Assembly (NCBI GenBank): GCA_030324005.1
Contig: JARDVH010000163.1
Location: forward strand, 93,785,642 to 93,849,641
Reading direction: 5' to 3'
Source: Negaprion brevirostris
Lineage: Eukaryota
DNA: 64,000 bases
Position 1 is the stretch's first letter. Each line of letters begins with the position of its first letter. The translations under genes and the position numbers were made by a program. Shown one piece after another: positions 59,795-64,000 of this stretch. Below the pieces are notes generated by a model. That model was given only the letters and a program-made list of their open reading frames with translations. It was not told the DNA's origin and did no database searches.

Positions 59795-60080
59795 AAATAG
59801 TGGTTTGATCAAAGTTTCTAAGACATTAAGGAAACAGATAGGATAGACAAAGGGAAACCTTTTCTACTGGTCGGGGAGTCTAACACTAAAGGCCATAGCC
59901 TAAAAATTAGAGGCAGACATTTTTGGGAATGAAATTGGAAAGCACTTCTATATAATGTCTTGATGTTTGGAACTCTGTTCTGCAAATGGCAATTGAAGCT
60001 GGATGCATTTTATCACAGATCAACCACAATTTAATTGAGTGGCAGAACAGTGGCTACTACTGCTATCCCCTTGTTCCATG
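59795..60080 (+). mobile_element. Old CR1 LINE 3' fragment
   Basis: ggggagtctaacactaaaggccatagcctaaaaattagagg (decayed TRGHSLKI) and tttggaactctgttctg. Confidence 0.7.
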
Positions 60081-60090
60081 CTGGAAAGGC

Positions 60091-63000
60091 CATAAGACCA
60101 TAAGACAGAGGAGCAGAATTAGGCCACTCGGTCCATCAAGTTTGCTCCACCATTCAATCATGGCTGATATTTTCCTTATCTCCATTTTCCTGTCTTTTCC
60201 CTCATAACCCATAATCTTTAAGGTAGGGACTTGTCAGGCACAACTTTGTGGGCCGAAGGGCCTCTATTGTGCTGTAGTTTTTCTATGTTTAACCCCTGAT
60301 CCCGTTATCAAGATCCTATCTATCTCTGTCTTAAAGACACTCTTTGACCTGGCCTCCACAGCCTTCTGCGGCAAAGAGTTCCACAGATTCAGCATTCTCT
60401 TGCTGAAGAAATTCCTCCTCATCTCTGTTTTAAAGGATCGTCCCTTTAGCCTGATGTTGTGCCCTGTGGTTCTAGTTTTTCCCACCAGTGGAAACATCCT
60501 CTCCATGTCCACTCTATCCAGGCCTCGCAGTATCTAGTAAGTTTCAATAAGATCCCCCCACCCCCCCCATCCTTTAAAACGCCAATGAATACAGACCCAG
60601 AGTTCTCAACTGTTCGTCATACGACAAGCTCTTCATTCCAGGGGTCATTCTTGTGAACTTCTTCTGGACCCTTTCCAAGGCCAATACATCCTTTCTTAAA
60701 TACGAGGCCCAAAATTGCTCACAATACTCCAAATGGGATCTGATCAGAACCTTATACAGAGTCAGAAGTACATCTCTGCTCTTGTATTCTCATCCTCTTG
60801 ATATGAATGCTAACACTGAATTTGCCTTCCTAACTGCCGACTGAATCTGCATGTTAACCTTCAGAGAATCTTGAACAAGGCCTCCCAAGTCCCGTTGTGT
60901 TTTTGTTTTCCTAAGCATTTTCCCATTTAGAAAATAGTCTATGCCTCCATTCCCTCTTCCAAAGGACATAACTTCACACTTTTCCACATTGTATTCCATC
61001 TCCACTTCTTTGCCCTCTCTCCTAACCTACCCAAGTCCTTCTGCAGCCCCCCTCCTTCCTCAATACTACCTGTCCCTCTACATATCTTTGTATCATCTGC
61101 AAAACTTAGTAACAGTGCTTTCAGTTCCTTCTTCCAGATCATTAACGTATGTTGTCAAATGTTGTGGTCCCAGCACTGACCCTGGAGGCACTCCACTAGT
61201 CATTGGCTGCCATACTGAAAAAGACTCCTTTATCCCCACTCTCTTCCTTCTGCCAGTCAGCCAATCCTCTTATTGTATCCAGGATCTTACCTGTAACACC
61301 GTGGGCTCTTAACTTATATAACAGTCTCCTATGTGACACCTTGTCAAAGGTCTTTTGCAAATCCAAATAGATCATGTCTGCTTGGTTCTCCTTTATCTAA
61401 CTTCCTTGTTACCTCCTCAAAGAGCTTTTAACAGATTTGTCAGACATGACTTCCCCTTGACGAAACTGTGCTGATTCAGTCCTGTTTTATCGTGTACTTC
61501 CAAGTACTTCACAATCTCATCTTTAATAATGGACTCTTAAATCTAGCCAATGACCAAAATCAGGCTAAAGGGCCTATAATTTCCCATCCGCTGCCTCCCT
61601 CCCTTCTTAAACAATGGTGTTACATTAGTTACTTTCAGTCCTGTGTGACCCTCTTTGCCTCGAGTGATTGCTGAAAGATCTCCACCAATGCTTCCACATT
61701 TTTCTCAGCTATCTCTTTCAGAACCCTGACATATATACCATCTGATCCAGATGACTTATCTACCTTCAGACCTTTCACTTTCCCCAGAACCACCTCCGTG
61801 GTGATGGCAGATCCATCAGGATCTGCTTATCTTTGCGATTCTTCAACTCTACCCATACAGACTCTATGCCTTCTGATCCTATATCGCTTCTTGCTATCGA
61901 TTTAACTTAATTCCTTATGAACAATGCAACCCCGCCCCCTTTTCCCATCTGCCTGTCCTTTCGATAGGACACATATCCTTGGATATTTTGAACTCAGTCC
62001 TGATCCCCTTGCAACCACGTCTCTGATGCTCTCAACATCGTACCAGCCAATTTCAATGTGCGCAACAAGTTCATTTACCTTGTTCTGTATATTGCATGCA
62101 TTTAGGTACAACATCCTCAGTCCTGCATTGATGACCTCCCATTTCATCCTTGTTACCTTTTTCACTCTGCCTGAGGTTAGATACCTGCTGCCTTCTATAC
62201 TCTCTGCTCTATTTCGCGGTCTTGAAACTTTACTAACCTTCTCTGAGCCCTCGGTTTCTTGAAAGTCCTCAATAATAACCTGCCCTTCTACCCTCTTCTT
62301 TAAGCTTGATTTTGTAATTCTCCAAATAACTGAACCCTCCCCCCCGACTATTTATTTTAAAGCCCTATCTACAGCCCTAGTGATGCAATTCACCAGGACT
62401 GTGGTCCCAGTTTGACTCAGATGGGACAGTTTTCATCTGAACAGGTCCCCTCTTCACCAATGCTGGTGCCAATGTCCCAATTCCAATTCAAACCCATTCC
62501 TCCCACATCAATCTTTCAGCCACACATTTACCTCCTTAATCTTATTGACCCTGTGCCAATTAGCTCATGGCTCAGGTAATAATCCAGAGATTATCATCTT
62601 TTTGGTTCTGCTTTTTAATTTAGCTCCTAGCTGTTCATACTCCCCTAGCAGAACCTTTGTTCCTGTTCTACCTATGTCATTGGTACTTATGACAACTGGA
62701 TCTTTACCCTCCTACTTCCAAGTTCCTCTGCAGCCCAGATGCGATATCTCGAATCCAAGCACCAGGCAGATAACACAACTTTTGGGATTCTCGATCTTGG
62801 TCACAGAGAACAGTGTCAATGCCCCTAACTATACTATCCCCAATTATAACTACTTTTCTTTTTTCTTGTTCCGCTTGAACGGCTCCCTGTACCACGGCCA
62901 TGCTCAGTTTGCTCATCCTCCCTGCAGTACCCGTTCTTGTCTGCACAATGAGCAAAAGTCTCAAACCTGTTGGACAAGTTCAGGGACTCTACCAACCTCA

Positions 63001-63125
63001 GTTGCAGCTACACCCTCCTGTACCTGACCAGTGGCCAAATTCAAGGAAAGTATTTACTCTAAGGGGTGTGACTGCCTCCTGGAATACAGTGTCCAGGTAT
63101 CTCTCCCCCCTCTGTGATGTGTCGT
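60091..63125 (-). mobile_element. Near full-length CR1 LINE with SGNH-esterase ORF1, EN N-terminus, internal deletion, RT and 3' UTR; frameshifted
   Basis: ORF1 YLDTVFQEAVTPLR and KRKVVIIGDSIVRGIDTVLC...CYLPGA; EN LRMLYLNACNIQNKVNELVAHI; RT FADDTKI, YNVEKCEVMSFG and TTGHNIRLKGRSFKTEMRRNFFS; terminal cataagaccataagac. Confidence 0.95.
60211..60289 (+). mobile_element. Extremely 5'-truncated HER1-type LINE end inserted in the CR1 3' UTR, with 6-bp TSD
   Basis: ggcacaactttgtgggccgaagggcctctattgtgctgtagtttttctatgtt; taaccc occurs at 60205-60210 and 60290-60295. Confidence 0.75.
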
Positions 63126-63129
63126 AGCT

Positions 63130-63390
63130 CAGAATCCAGCTCAGGGATGGAGGGACTCCAAGCTCTGTGCTGTATGTCAAGTTGGTACTGGACCCCTCAA
63201 TGATGCCTGACATTAGCTGCAAGCCTATTGGTGGATTTCCCAATGCATCAAGCATTTTGTTGAGCATACCCATCAACATTCTTCCATCAGCTGCCATGTT
63301 GAGATCCTCTCCTGAGTTCTCTGCAGTAGAACCTGTGTGTGACCTCATCCTCTGAGCTGATAACTCACTGTCCTCATGCTCTGCCCTGAC
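63130..63390 (-). mobile_element. Possible fragment of the non-transposase (Myb/SANT partner) ORF of a PIF/Harbinger transposon
   Basis: RSHTGSTAENSGEDLNMAADGRMLMGMLNKMLDALGNPPIGLQLMSGIIEGSSTNL resembles, from memory only, repetitive shark Harbinger-associated ORFs, and is not CR1-like. Confidence 0.35.
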
Positions 63391-63397
63391 TGTATAA

Positions 63398-63618
63398 TAG
63401 AATCATAGAATCCCTACAGTCCAGAAGAGGCCATTCGGCTCACCAACTCTGCACTGACTCCCTGATAGAGTACCTCATATAGGCCCTAACACTGTAATCC
63501 AACTAACCTACACATCTTGGGAGACTAAAAGGCAATTTAGCATAACAAATCCAGCTAACCTGCACATCTTTGGACTGTGGAAGGAAACCGGAGCGCCTGG
63601 AGAAAACCTATGCAGACA
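63398..63618 (-). mobile_element. HE1 V-SINE 3' part
   Basis: tagaatcatagaatccctacagtccagaagaggccattcgg...ctaacctgcacatctttggactgtggaaggaaaccggagc. Confidence 0.9.
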
Positions 63619-63620
63619 GG

Positions 63621-63744
63621 AGGAGTCATTCTGACTCAAAAAGTTGGCTCTATTCTCTTCCCACAGATACTGTCAGATCTGCTGAGATTTTCTAGCATTA
63701 TCTGTTTTTATTTCAGATTTCAGTATCCACAGCATTTTGCTTTT
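63621..63744. mobile_element. Penelope-type terminal-repeat fragment with a hammerhead stem-II remnant
   Basis: gagtca-ttc-tgactc hairpin, then aaaaagttggctctattctcttcccacagatactgtcagatctgctgagattttctagcatt...cagcattttgctttt. Confidence 0.7.
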
Positions 63745-64000
63745 ACCTTACTGAAAACCTTGGAGCCTGCTCTTGTCCCTGTTACGCTTTACCCCACTCT
63801 TTCCCAGGTCAGGTTCTCATTTGACTCTCAGTATCTACCCCAAACACCTTGCAGTTTTCCTTCAAAGGGCATAAACTAAAAAGCGCAAGCAAACTTTAAG
63901 CAATGTAGTCTAGCTTTAAGTGGTATTAGCCACTCAAGTTACTGGCCCTTGCTGATGCAGCCAAGTTTTGTGCTACTGGATGCAGAGATCATTCAGATGA

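Overview
This is non-coding vertebrate genomic DNA, almost certainly from a shark or other elasmobranch, because it carries many HE1 V-SINEs and HER1/CR1-type LINEs. It comes from a gapped scaffold with recurring 10-N and 100-N gaps. I found no intact protein-coding exon, rRNA, tRNA, CRISPR array or prokaryotic system; the ORF-track entries are chance ORFs, N-spanning ORFs or decayed transposon ORFs. A GC/CpG-richer start (1-270) and a visible T-over-A skew suggest a long first intron of a + strand gene, but this is inference and the gene cannot be named. The window is a layered transposon landscape. It has about 9 HE1 copies with two different 3' tails, several CR1-group LINEs (one nearly full length, with an esterase ORF1), an RTE fragment, a tRNA-SINE sharing its tail with a local LINE, Penelope-type palindromic fragments with hammerhead remnants, GGG-TIR MITEs (probably PIF/Harbinger), and about 11 copies of a very old SINE resembling AmnSINE2. 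The most unusual observations are three independent younger insertions in the same ~20-bp segment of that old SINE, a 28-bp exact local templated copy inside a CR1, and compact immune-type enhancer motif clusters. Family names come from recalled consensus sequences, not database searches, and the boundaries of old elements are approximate.
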